The notes under the pieces were generated by a model. It searched no databases, was not told the origin of the DNA, and saw only the letters and a program-made list of their open reading frames with translations. The position numbers and the translations under genes were made by a program. This document shows, piece after piece, positions 8,909-18,927 of a stretch of 64,000 bases of DNA (position 1 is its first letter; the number at the start of each line of letters is the position of its first letter). Source of the stretch: Promethearchaeia archaeon (GTDB taxonomy: Archaea; Asgardarchaeota; Lokiarchaeia; Sigyniarchaeales; SOKP01); assembly GCA_029856045.1 (NCBI GenBank), contig JAHQWG010000025.1:64001-128000 (forward strand). Direction: 5' to 3'.

Positions 8909-10813
8909 ATGACACAATTTGAAATACGTTTTCAACCTGATGGAAGGAGGATTAATGTAGAACAAGGAATTTCGGTTCTTGAAGCAATTAATTTAACCGG
9001 GATTGATCTTGTTTCTCTTTGCGGTGGTAAAGGAACATGTGGAAAATGCAAAATTATCATAGAAAAGGGAGAAATAAAAGAATCCTTAACAGAAAAAGAG
9101 AAAGAATTTTTGACAAAAGATCAGATTGATGAAAATTATCGATTAGCTTGTCAAATTAAGGTATTTAATGATTTGATAATAAGAATTCCTGAAGCAAGTC
9201 GAACTGGAAAACAAAGATTGCAAATTGAAGGGATTAAAGCACCGGTAAAAGTAGAACCGTTAATAAAAAAATTTTTTATACAGCTTAATAAACCTTCATT
9301 AGATGAACCCAAATCAGATGTTGATCGTTTAAATGATTATATTCTAAAAAAATTTGGAATTTCAAAATTAAAATTTAATATTGATGCATTGAAATCCCTT
9401 GGCACGGTAATTCGAGAAGATAATTATAAATTTACTGTGTGCATTTGGAATAATTCAGAAATTATAACAATAGAACCAGGAGATACTACTGAAAAAATAT
9501 TTGGCTATGCTGTAGATATTGGAACAACTAAATTAGCTGGTTATCTTATTAATTTGACCAACGGAGATGTTTTAGCAGCTGGAGGTTTGATGAACCCACA
9601 AATTCGCTTTGGAGAGGATGTAATTTCAAGAATAGCATATAAAGATCCTCAGCAAATGCATAGTGTTGTTATTGAGGGACTCAATGAACTTTTGATAGAT
9701 TTAACTAACAGAGTTTCAATTGATTTAGAAAATATTTATGAGATGACAGCAGTCGGAAATACTTGTATGCATCATATTTTCCTAAACTTAAATGCGAAGC
9801 AATTAGGTTATTCACCCTATGTCCCAGTTGTAAGAAACGGCCTAAGCATTAAAAATGATAAAATTGGAATGAAACTTAACAGATTCGGAAAAATTTATAC
9901 ACTCCCAGTTGTAGCAGGTTTTGTAGGTGCGGATACAATCGGTGTGATATTAGCCTCTGAGATATATAAACATGATGAGCTATGTATGGCTTTAGATATA
10001 GGTACAAACACTGAAGTAGTTTTGGGTAATAAAGACCGTATTTTAGCTTGTGCTTGTGCTTCAGGTCCCGCTTTTGAAGGAGCACATATTAAGTTTGGTA
10101 TGCGTGCTGCAAATGGTGCAATTGAAAAAATAAAAATAGACCCTGAAACATTAGAACCTACTTATCTTACAATTGATAATGTCAAACCTCGAGGCATTTG
10201 TGGCTCAGCAATTGTTGATATTCCTGCAGAAATGTTAAAAACCAAAATAATCAATTTAAGAGGAAAAATAAACAAGAATCTTGAATCAGATAGAATAAGA
10301 CAAGGTGATAATGGATACGAATATGTACTTGTATGGGGCAGAAATTCTTTCTCAAAGAGAGATATAACTATAAGTCAAAAAGATATTGGAGAAATAATTT
10401 TAGCAAAAGCAGCAATGCATACTGGAACAGAAATATTGATGCAAAAATTTGGGGTAAAGGATGATAATATTGATAATTTATTTATTGCAGGAGCATTTGG
10501 GACGCATATTGACATAGAAAACGCAAGAATGATTGGAATATACCCAGAGATTTCTCTTGATAAGATAAAAAGAGTAGGAAATGCTGCCGGTACTGGCTCT
10601 CGAATGTGTTTAGTTTCAAAAACAATGAGAAAGTTAGCCGAGGAGATGTCTAAAAAAATTGAGTATATTGAATTAGCAGTTCAACCTAATTTTCAAAGTA
10701 TTTTCTTAAATTCTCATTATTTACCTTATGCAGATTTGGCACGATATCCAATAACTACCAAATTTTTAAAAAAAATTGGAAATTATTCTGAAAAAAAAAT
10801 TAGAATTTTTTAA
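8909..10813 (+). CDS. RACo/ASKHA corrinoid reductive activator with N-terminal [2Fe-2S] domain
   Basis: CGGKGTCGKC...RLACQ, DIGTT, GEDVISRI, GFVGAD, DIGTNTE, GPAFEG, GICGS, AGAFG, GNAA. Confidence 0.93.
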   Translation: MTQFEIRFQPDGRRINVEQGISVLEAINLTGIDLVSLCGGKGTCGKCKIIIEKGEIKESLTEKEKEFLTKDQIDENYRLACQIKVFNDLIIRIPEASRTGKQRLQIEGIKAPVKVEPLIKKFFIQLNKPSLDEPKSDVDRLNDYILKKFGISKLKFNIDALKSLGTVIREDNYKFTVCIWNNSEIITIEPGDTTEKIFGYAVDIGTTKLAGYLINLTNGDVLAAGGLMNPQIRFGEDVISRIAYKDPQQMHSVVIEGLNELLIDLTNRVSIDLENIYEMTAVGNTCMHHIFLNLNAKQLGYSPYVPVVRNGLSIKNDKIGMKLNRFGKIYTLPVVAGFVGADTIGVILASEIYKHDELCMALDIGTNTEVVLGNKDRILACACASGPAFEGAHIKFGMRAANGAIEKIKIDPETLEPTYLTIDNVKPRGICGSAIVDIPAEMLKTKIINLRGKINKNLESDRIRQGDNGYEYVLVWGRNSFSKRDITISQKDIGEIILAKAAMHTGTEILMQKFGVKDDNIDNLFIAGAFGTHIDIENARMIGIYPEISLDKIKRVGNAAGTGSRMCLVSKTMRKLAEEMSKKIEYIELAVQPNFQSIFLNSHYLPYADLARYPITTKFLKKIGNYSEKKIRIF

Positions 10814-10827
10814 AATGATTTCAAATC

Positions 10828-11487
10828 ATGAGGAAAATAATAAATAAATTGTATCATGTTGGAGATTCTGGTTGTTCAATTTTTATGGTAAATTCAGGAT
10901 CTGAAGGAGGTTTAGTTCTAATAGATTGCGGAATGAACATTAATTTAATTCAAAAGATTAAAAATGAGGGATTCAAGCCAAGAAATATAAAGCATTGTTT
11001 CTTGACACATTGTCACATTGATCATATCGCAGCATGCAGCGATTTATTAGCTATTGCACCAGATGTAAAATTTTATGCTCATGAATTAGATGCGGATGCT
11101 ATAGAAAATAAAGGGTTTAATAACAAAACCGCAGCTAGCTGGTATAATGTAAATTATCAACCAATTAAATTGTTCAGAAGAATTAAAGAAGTAGAAGAAG
11201 ATTTTTCTATTGGGGATTATATTTTTAAAAGTATACACACTCCTGGTCATACTCCAGGATCAATTTCTATTTATGTAAAAATGGGTGATAAAGGAGTACT
11301 ATTTGGGCAAGATATTCATGGACCTTTTATGGCAAGTTTTGGTTCGAATTTAGAGGATTATCAAAAATCTATGCAAAAATTATTAGACTTAAATGCTGAT
11401 ATTTTATGTGAAGGGCATTTCGGTGTTTTTAAACCAGCAGAAAAGGTGAGAAAATATATTAAAGATTATATGGAAAGCAATCGATGA
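10828..11487 (+). CDS. MBL-fold metallo-hydrolase (glyoxalase II-like)
   Basis: LIDCG, THCHIDH, HTPGHTPGS, QD, EGH. Confidence 0.9.
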   Translation: MRKIINKLYHVGDSGCSIFMVNSGSEGGLVLIDCGMNINLIQKIKNEGFKPRNIKHCFLTHCHIDHIAACSDLLAIAPDVKFYAHELDADAIENKGFNNKTAASWYNVNYQPIKLFRRIKEVEEDFSIGDYIFKSIHTPGHTPGSISIYVKMGDKGVLFGQDIHGPFMASFGSNLEDYQKSMQKLLDLNADILCEGHFGVFKPAEKVRKYIKDYMESNR

Positions 11488-11529
11488 TTACTATGAAAAA
11501 AATTCAAAAAAAAAGAAATTTTTATTGAT

Positions 11530-12528
11530 TTATGAAGCTCGGTTAAAATCAAGAAGTGATTTATTAAAAATCAAACGTTCTATCCAAGTACTTTGAATTC
11601 TTTCGAACATTTTTTTTTCATATTTCAAATTCGAGAGATTTAGTATTTGAGCAAAGATTTCAGAAGGAATCAATATTACATTAGAGCTATTTCTTTTCTT
11701 AATTAACTCATCTAAAGATACAGGTTTATCTAATTGTACAATTTTAAGATTAGGATTAGATGTGTTGTAATATTTCTTAAATTTTCGCCAAGCATTATAG
11801 TATATATTTCGCGTATCAAAACCTTCCATATTATTTGGTCTCCCCAACTTCTTGAGATGATCTCGATATTTTCTTTTAATAAACTTAATTCTACTTTCTT
11901 CAGATTGTATTTCTCTAATTTCTCCATTAACTAATGAATTTTTATTAAATGGGATAAGAAAACCTGTATGGATCAACATAAATTTTGGTGGATAAACCTG
12001 ACCTACTGTAATTTTTGTGGATAATTCTGGATCGCTACTAGCAATTGCGAAATATTTAGTTAATTGTGCAATTTCAGCCTCTCCCACAATGGTTTTACTA
12101 AAATAAGCCTTAAGTTCAATATAACATAAATACTTTCCTTTTGTCAATAGCATATCTGGAGTATTTTGATTTAAACTAGGTTCAATTTCAATTTCATAAC
12201 TTAATTTTTTAAAGTAGTTAGAAACAATTTGCATAAGACATTCTTCACGCTGCTTCTGAGCACTTTCAGGATCTTGGCCACCAAGTTCGCTAATTATTTT
12301 CCATATGCTAAGATCATTTTTTGATTTCCAAGAGTCCTTATTAGAAGAAACTAAAGTTTTAAATACAGTATCTTGTTTGTTTTCTTTTTTGAAAAATCTC
12401 AATGCGATTTTATCTTTGACGTACCCCTTTTGATAAGTAAAAATTGTAGGAGTTCGCGGTTTATTATCCATTTTTAATCGAATTTTTTTTGAAACTGGTC
12501 GAAAACGCATTGAATCTGATTTACCCAT
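11530..12528 (-). CDS. PD-(D/E)XK nuclease-like protein
   Basis: E...TPDMLL......IELKAY....EIAQL. Start moved to ATG 12528 to avoid overlap with the PAP2 gene. Confidence 0.6.
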   Translation of the reverse strand: MGKSDSMRFRPVSKKIRLKMDNKPRTPTIFTYQKGYVKDKIALRFFKKENKQDTVFKTLVSSNKDSWKSKNDLSIWKIISELGGQDPESAQKQREECLMQIVSNYFKKLSYEIEIEPSLNQNTPDMLLTKGKYLCYIELKAYFSKTIVGEAEIAQLTKYFAIASSDPELSTKITVGQVYPPKFMLIHTGFLIPFNKNSLVNGEIREIQSEESRIKFIKRKYRDHLKKLGRPNNMEGFDTRNIYYNAWRKFKKYYNTSNPNLKIVQLDKPVSLDELIKKRNSSNVILIPSEIFAQILNLSNLKYEKKMFERIQSTWIERLIFNKSLLDFNRAS

Positions 12529-12589
12529 ATAAAATTTATAACTATTCATTACCAAAAAAATTATTGGAAAAAGATGAAAAAAAAATATT

Positions 12590-13453
12590 TTAATTGCTTT
12601 TGGTAGAGAAATAATATTTTTTATATAAAAAGAGAAATACAATCGAAGCCATTCCAGCCGAGAATAAAGTGTCAGAAGCATAATGGGCTCCAATTACTAT
12701 TCTACCTAACGCTTCAATAATGCCCCCAGCTATAACTATTATTGATATAAAATATTTTATTTTTTTATCTTTATTTAAGACTAAAAGAATTAATGGTAGT
12801 AACATAAATCCCATAGCAGTGTGACCTGAAGGAAATGATTGATTACCAGTATAACCTTGAGGAATATACCAGGGAGTGAATTCTGGATAACCTGGAGGTG
12901 TTAGATTCCTAAATCTTACCCTTCCCCAGAGGAGTTTGACTATCTGAACAAAAATCAAAGGATTAATTATAGCTAATAACAGTGTTATTTGTCCAAATTT
13001 TATATATGGGTGAAATTTATCTGAAGGGATTTTTTTAAAAACAAAATGTAATATTAATCCTATAACAATTCCGAGAGCAGGGATTAGAAAATATTCATAA
13101 ATTCCAATATTTAATAGATTTCCTTCTGAGACTAACTCATCAATTACTCTATATAAAAGTAAAACAATCGCAATTATGATTGTTGCAATGAAAATTATAT
13201 ATTTCCCCTTTCCTGATCTATTAACACTTCCAATAAGAACATATATACTTATAAAAACCATTATCCAACCAGGATATTCACCATAATCTGCAATAAATTT
13301 AGCCCAGATTGAATTTTCATCTACAATTCCTATAGAAATCTGGAGATCAGTGAAACCAAAAATTATAGCCAATACAATCCAGATTAAAATTATTGGGATT
13401 ACAAGTTTTCTGGCGAAACTATCTTTCCATTCCGATTCTTCTTTTTCTTCCAT
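12590..13453 (-). CDS. PAP2 family membrane phosphatase
   Basis: KLLWGRVR, SFPSGHT, RIVIGAHYASD, several TM segments. Confidence 0.9.
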   Translation of the reverse strand: MEEKEESEWKDSFARKLVIPIILIWIVLAIIFGFTDLQISIGIVDENSIWAKFIADYGEYPGWIMVFISIYVLIGSVNRSGKGKYIIFIATIIIAIVLLLYRVIDELVSEGNLLNIGIYEYFLIPALGIVIGLILHFVFKKIPSDKFHPYIKFGQITLLLAIINPLIFVQIVKLLWGRVRFRNLTPPGYPEFTPWYIPQGYTGNQSFPSGHTAMGFMLLPLILLVLNKDKKIKYFISIIVIAGGIIEALGRIVIGAHYASDTLFSAGMASIVFLFLYKKYYFSTKSN

Positions 13454-13530
13454 TTATTACACTGTTAATTCCTTTTTATTGATAATTAAATCCTTCTTAA
13501 TTTAAATTATTAATGAATAATTGTATTATT

Positions 13531-14736
13531 TTAAAACAATAGTGTTATAATAATTTGATAAATTAAATTTGGATTTTTTTTTAAAATTCGGAATAAAAAT
13601 TTTAAAAAAGTAAAATTTTTTACCAATTTAAAAATTAAATTCCTTGGAAAATCCATATCTCCATATAATGAAATTATTTTTTCGATTTTTGTAGTTTTAA
13701 TAATTATAAACAAATCATCAAAGTCATCTGAATGAAAATTCTCAAAGATAATTCTAATTAAATAATTGATCTTTAATTGCTTTCCAATAGTTCGAGCACA
13801 TACTTTCTCATAATTCTTTTTTATGAAATTTTTAGAAAAACAGTTTTCTTTAAAACATTTAATTATGCATGTTGCAGCAATTTTAGATGCACTTAAAAGC
13901 ATTACTATACCTCCACCTGTAGTAGCTTTAACTTGGCATGCAGAATCTCCTAATAGAAGAATGTTATCAAATGCCATTTTATTCATCTTACCTATTGGAA
14001 TAATACCCCCTTGCTGAGAAATTTTATTTCTAACATCTATATTTAATTGGTTTAAAAAAATCTTAAATTTCTTCGAAATATTTCTTGAAGACGCTAATCC
14101 AATTCGATATATATTATTTCCTTCAGGAACAATCCATCCAAAGAGTTCCTTCCATTGAGAATCAAAATATAAATTTGTTTTATTTTCATCAAAATTTCCT
14201 TTTATTCGAATTTGAATAGCAGAAATGGTATTATTTTGAATACCTAATAATTTTCCAACAGTTGATATTGGACCATCACATGCAACTAGAATTTTTGCCG
14301 AAATTATTCTTTTTGTTGTTTTAATCTGAATTATTTTTTGGTTATTTCCTTTCAAATAGTGAAAGGTTTTAAATTTCTCATCGAGAAAATATTCAATATT
14401 TTGTTTAATGATGTTTTTTTTATAAAATAAGCGGTCTAATGCAATTCTATCGATAATATATGGTTCTTCATCACCAGATAATTCAATAGATCTACCAGAG
14501 GGACTAAAAATCTTGGCTGTTTTAACTCGATTTAAGATGATCTCTTCAGGAACATCTATCAATTGAGTTAGCTTTTTTGATATAATTCCTGCACATTGTA
14601 ATGGTATTCCAACCTCCTTATGCTCCTCAATTACTACTACATTTAAACCTGCCCTTGAAAGTAAATGTGCTAAGTAATTTCCTGCTATACTAGCCCCGAT
14701 GATACATACATCATAAATCTTGCTAAAATTATTCAT
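13531..14736 (-). CDS. Geranylgeranyl reductase family FAD oxidoreductase
   Basis: DVCIIGA..AG, PLQCAG, ACDG, FGWIVP, LLGDSA.QVK.TTGGGI. Confidence 0.88.
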   Translation of the reverse strand: MNNFSKIYDVCIIGASIAGNYLAHLLSRAGLNVVVIEEHKEVGIPLQCAGIISKKLTQLIDVPEEIILNRVKTAKIFSPSGRSIELSGDEEPYIIDRIALDRLFYKKNIIKQNIEYFLDEKFKTFHYLKGNNQKIIQIKTTKRIISAKILVACDGPISTVGKLLGIQNNTISAIQIRIKGNFDENKTNLYFDSQWKELFGWIVPEGNNIYRIGLASSRNISKKFKIFLNQLNIDVRNKISQQGGIIPIGKMNKMAFDNILLLGDSACQVKATTGGGIVMLLSASKIAATCIIKCFKENCFSKNFIKKNYEKVCARTIGKQLKINYLIRIIFENFHSDDFDDLFIIIKTTKIEKIISLYGDMDFPRNLIFKLVKNFTFLKFLFRILKKNPNLIYQIIITLLF

Positions 14737-14819
14737 TTTATACTTTATTTTTACTGCTAACTAAGCAAAAAATTAAGTCTAATAAAAATAGTTGATTGTA
14801 AGATAAAAATTCTTAAAAT

Positions 14820-15275
14820 TTATTCCTTTTCGAAAGCTTTTTTTCCCAGATAAATAAATAGTTCTACAATTTCAAATGTAGTCAAAGGCTTTATTAAATT
14901 AGCCATATTGAGTCGTTCGTCCACTTGCGAAAAATCCGATGTTATTAACTTTTTAATATCTTCAACATAGTCGTCCATATCTAAAAATAATATCTCAATC
15001 TTATCTACCCCAGTTAATTCTGAAATCTCTTTATCTAAATGTTTTTCAATTTCATTCAAAAGACCTAATTTATATTTAACAGGTAAATCGCAATATTTTA
15101 TCAATCGATTCATTTCATCTATAACAATTTTCAGCGTTAAATGCCAATCGGCATTATCTTTATATTGAGGGATTAAAACTTCGGAAATTATCGTTTCATA
15201 GAGGTTTTTCGGCTCTTTAGCATCAAACTCCAATTCTGTGCCGGTCGATATTTTAACTTTCTTTTTTTCTGACAT
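14820..15275 (-). CDS. Hypothetical helical protein
   Basis: 151-aa ORF, ATG start, typical composition, no recognised motif. Confidence 0.65.
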   Translation of the reverse strand: MSEKKKVKISTGTELEFDAKEPKNLYETIISEVLIPQYKDNADWHLTLKIVIDEMNRLIKYCDLPVKYKLGLLNEIEKHLDKEISELTGVDKIEILFLDMDDYVEDIKKLITSDFSQVDERLNMANLIKPLTTFEIVELFIYLGKKAFEKE

Positions 15276-15426
15276 AATTCATTCTCAATTCTTTTATCTA
15301 TAATATTTTATTAAAACACTGAAATATTAAATTAGCTTCTACCTTTTTTATTTTTAGGATTTTATCCATTGAATATAATAATAATTATAATTTTAATAAG
15401 CTACTAAAAAAAGTTTTGGAAGTATC

Positions 15427-17250
15427 ATGCCGATTTATACTGGTGGAGAAATAATAGTTAAATATTTAATTAAAGAAAAGGTTCCATATGTAGTAGGGAT
15501 CCCTGGGCACGGAAATCTCGGCCTCGTTGATGCATTTTATAAGAATAGAGATTCTATAAAAGTAATTCAACCTAAACAAGAAAATTGTGCTGTTCACTTA
15601 GCAGTTGGATATTATAGAGTTACAGGGCAACCATTAGCTGTTTTTACTTCAATTGGTCCTGGAGCTATTAATACGGCAATTGGATTGGCTGACGCATATG
15701 TCGACTCTATGCCTGTTTTAGTAATAACTGGTGATACTCATGTACATATGAGGGGTAAAGGAGTACTTCAAGAAATTGAAAGAAAAAGAGATTCAGATTT
15801 TCCTCGTATATTAGAACCATTATGTAAGCGAACTTGGCAAGTTGCAAAAGTTAATCAACTCCCAACTATAATGCAACGTGCATTTAATCATATGCTAACT
15901 GGAAGAAGGGGTCCTGTCCATATCGATTTACCGATGGATGTTCAGTCAAATTCTATTGATTGCGAAATTCCCGAACCGTTGGAAAGACGATCTATGGGTA
16001 AATTATTAGGAGATCCAGATTTAATAGAAAAATCAATTGACTTAATCAAGACATCAAAACGTCCAGTAATACTACTTGGTGGTGGCGCCGTTATGTCAGG
16101 TGCGTTTAAAGAAATAAAAACTCTTGCAGAAAAAATTGGAGCAGCCGTAATTACAACTATGATGGGAAAGAGTGCATTTCCAAATGATCATTCATTATTC
16201 GCATGGCATACTGGTTCTAAAGGAACTACTTGTGGATTAGAGTTAAGCTCTAAATCTGATATTTTGATAGCAATTGGCTGTAGATTTGCAGACCAAACTG
16301 CATCATCATATAAACAGGGCGTTAGTTTCAGCATTCCTCCAACTAAATTAATTCAAATAGACATAGATCCTTCAGAAATCGGTAAAAATTATCCGGTATC
16401 GGTAGGAATCGTAGGAGATGCCAAAGCAGTTATAAAACAATTACTGGATAAATTAAATAAACAAAATTATGGAGTAGATTATAAAAATACTTCATATTAT
16501 AGTGAGATTCAGTCTTTAAAAGACAAGTGGTTTAGGTTTTTAGATGATTTTCGAGATGATTCAAAAGTTCCTGTAATGATTTCAACCGCTTTAAAAGAAA
16601 TTCGAAAATTTTTCAAGAGAGATGCAATAATAATAACCAGTTCAGGAAATGTGCAAGCCCAAATGTTACAAGAACTCCCATTCTATGAACCTAAAACTTG
16701 CATAACAGCAGGTGGATTTTCGACGATGGGTTATACATTACCAGCAGCAATCGGTGCAAAATTAGGTGTTAATGATTTAGGAAAGTCAGAAACAGAAGTC
16801 GTTGGACTCGTAGGAGATGGTGATTTTATGATGAGCATGCAAGAATTATCAACTGTTGCTCAATTAAAACTAACTAATTTCTTCATAATAATCTTTAATA
16901 ACATGGGATGGATTGCAATAAAGGATTTACAACAAGTAGCCTACGAAGAGGAAAGAGCTTGGGCTAATGATTTCTATGATACTGATGGAAAAATTTATAC
17001 TCCGAATTTTGCAAATGTAGCGAAAGCATTCGGTTGTTATGGTGAGAGGATATCTAAAAAAGAAGAAATAATACCCACGTTAAATAAAGCCGCAGAATCA
17101 GGAAAGCCCGCTGTAATCGAGATAATGGTGAATCGTGAATTTCCATATTCTGGCTCACCTGCAGTTGGTTGGTGGGACGTACCTAAGCCAACATATCTTA
17201 AAGAACAACGTAGAAAATATGAAGAAGAGATTAAAGAAGAAAAATTATAA
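15427..17250 (+). CDS. Thiamine-diphosphate-dependent enzyme, acetolactate synthase superfamily (IolD-like)
   Basis: GIPGHGN, TSIGPGA.N, GDGDF...N ThDP motif and a C-terminal WWDV as in IolD-type hydrolases. Confidence 0.85.
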   Translation: MPIYTGGEIIVKYLIKEKVPYVVGIPGHGNLGLVDAFYKNRDSIKVIQPKQENCAVHLAVGYYRVTGQPLAVFTSIGPGAINTAIGLADAYVDSMPVLVITGDTHVHMRGKGVLQEIERKRDSDFPRILEPLCKRTWQVAKVNQLPTIMQRAFNHMLTGRRGPVHIDLPMDVQSNSIDCEIPEPLERRSMGKLLGDPDLIEKSIDLIKTSKRPVILLGGGAVMSGAFKEIKTLAEKIGAAVITTMMGKSAFPNDHSLFAWHTGSKGTTCGLELSSKSDILIAIGCRFADQTASSYKQGVSFSIPPTKLIQIDIDPSEIGKNYPVSVGIVGDAKAVIKQLLDKLNKQNYGVDYKNTSYYSEIQSLKDKWFRFLDDFRDDSKVPVMISTALKEIRKFFKRDAIIITSSGNVQAQMLQELPFYEPKTCITAGGFSTMGYTLPAAIGAKLGVNDLGKSETEVVGLVGDGDFMMSMQELSTVAQLKLTNFFIIIFNNMGWIAIKDLQQVAYEEERAWANDFYDTDGKIYTPNFANVAKAFGCYGERISKKEEIIPTLNKAAESGKPAVIEIMVNREFPYSGSPAVGWWDVPKPTYLKEQRRKYEEEIKEEKL

Positions 17251-17300
17251 ATATGAATTAAAAATAGTATGGTAAGCTTCCGCCGGTTATAGGTAATATA

Positions 17301-18686
17301 TTATTCATTAACCTTCATTTTCTTTTTTCTTTGTATCTCAGAAATCCAATCATCGATTTTTTTTATCAATTCCCGTTTTTCTTTTAACCCTAACCCTAGG
17401 TTTGCCTCCTTACGTTGATAAATGTTTGCATATTTGCTCATCTCCCACATATAATCCGATTGTAATAAAATTTTCCTAAGATTGTCCCGAGCTAGTTCAA
17501 ATGCTTTCCCGATAGATTGCATTTCAAAATCTTCTTCAATAATTTTTTTCAAGTATAAAAGAATTTCCACAATATCACCTTTTGGCGGCTGGGGAAGCGG
17601 CTTACTTTCAACCTCGCGGCTTTTCATAAGCCTTAATTCAAATTTTTCCTCTTCTTCTTTAGGTTCATCGATTTTGGGTATTTCAATTTTATCCATATCG
17701 GAAGGTTGCATGAATTCCATATGACGCTTCTTATATTCATCTGCTAGATCCAATTTTTCCTTATCATTTCTCTTGAATTGATTTGGCCATTCAATAAAAG
17801 AATCCTGGCGGTTCTCTGCAGAGAAAAATATTGATTCTTTTTGCATCTTTTTTACGATAGTTTTATCTCTATCTTTAAAAAGTTGTGGAGTTCTTGATAT
17901 CAATACTTTTGAAGCATTTTCAAGTATTGAGGATAATAAAATAGGATCATATTCGAGATTGGAATAAATTTTCTTCAAATCTAAGATAACTTCTCTAATT
18001 TTAAGGATTTCTAAGGGGGAAAAATTGTCTTTTAAGAGTTCATCTGCTCCGAAAATAATATCATCTATTCCTGCTCTTGCATTAATATAATTGCGTACTT
18101 TATTTTCATTCATTTTTTTTGATACCAAGATTTTATTGTAAAAATCCAAGTGTGTACTTAAGAGTAAATGACCATCTATATCCAATAGATACGTATCTGG
18201 TTTATGGATTTCATCCATCATATCCAAAATAATATCCTTATTTGGTATAAATACATTTCTCATTAGAGTTCCCTTAATAAATGTTTTCTGGGTATCAGAT
18301 TTGTTAGATAAGTCAATTGGGACTTTGATTACCTTTTCACTTATAATTACATCGCGATCACTCTCTAATGTAATGTTTTTCGAGGTCGCCATATGATCAT
18401 AAACAAAATCCGATAAAATTAAACCAGTCAGTTGTTTTTTATCAAGAATATACTTACCATGTTGAAGTTCAAATTTTGTGTAATAATATCCCAAACCAAA
18501 TAGAAAATGAAGCGTTCCTTTTTCAATTGTAATTGAACTTTCAATTCCGCTTAAAAAGACCAAAAAATCAGAATGGATTTTCGAGATATCTTGACTTACA
18601 TATTTACCCAATGTAGGATAACCTAATAAATCTCCCCAGCTAGGAATAATAAAGAGCATATTATTGGTAATTAACTTATCTTGCAT
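17301..18686 (-). CDS. Hypothetical protein with Pro-rich linker and C-terminal helical domain (possibly Vps28-CTD-like)
   Basis: Long ORF with AGTGA upstream of ATG 18686. The C-terminus aligns with that of 2271..3284. Confidence 0.65.
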   Translation of the reverse strand: MQDKLITNNMLFIIPSWGDLLGYPTLGKYVSQDISKIHSDFLVFLSGIESSITIEKGTLHFLFGLGYYYTKFELQHGKYILDKKQLTGLILSDFVYDHMATSKNITLESDRDVIISEKVIKVPIDLSNKSDTQKTFIKGTLMRNVFIPNKDIILDMMDEIHKPDTYLLDIDGHLLLSTHLDFYNKILVSKKMNENKVRNYINARAGIDDIIFGADELLKDNFSPLEILKIREVILDLKKIYSNLEYDPILLSSILENASKVLISRTPQLFKDRDKTIVKKMQKESIFFSAENRQDSFIEWPNQFKRNDKEKLDLADEYKKRHMEFMQPSDMDKIEIPKIDEPKEEEEKFELRLMKSREVESKPLPQPPKGDIVEILLYLKKIIEEDFEMQSIGKAFELARDNLRKILLQSDYMWEMSKYANIYQRKEANLGLGLKEKRELIKKIDDWISEIQRKKKMKVNE

Positions 18687-18927
18687 GATTTCACTACGCG
18701 AGTTGGATTCCACTTTTTAATTCAACTTTTGAATTAAAACATTTATTTCAAAAAGTTCAAATTAAATTATTTTTTAGTGTTTTTAAGCTTTATAGTTGCT
18801 TTGAAATTAAATTTTTATTTTGATCATAAAATTGAGTTTGCGCATATCCCAGAGTTAAGTTTATATCATTTTTTTTAGTTTTTCTTCAAATTAGAATTAG
18901 ATAAGTATAAGTTATAAAAATTTAAAT

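Noticed and set aside
8909-10813. RACo activator without an adjacent corrinoid protein or methyltransferase
   Set aside because: Stand-alone activators are common in Wood-Ljungdahl and methylotrophic anaerobes
12529-12693. Called hydrophobic N-terminus of the PD-(D/E)XK protein
   Set aside because: It overlaps the PAP2 gene end and an AT-rich spacer, so it is probably not translated
17270-17297. GC-richer intergenic stretch ending GTTATAGGTAAT, reminiscent of an integron attC right end
   Set aside because: No complementary left arm, no second copy seen and no integrase in the window
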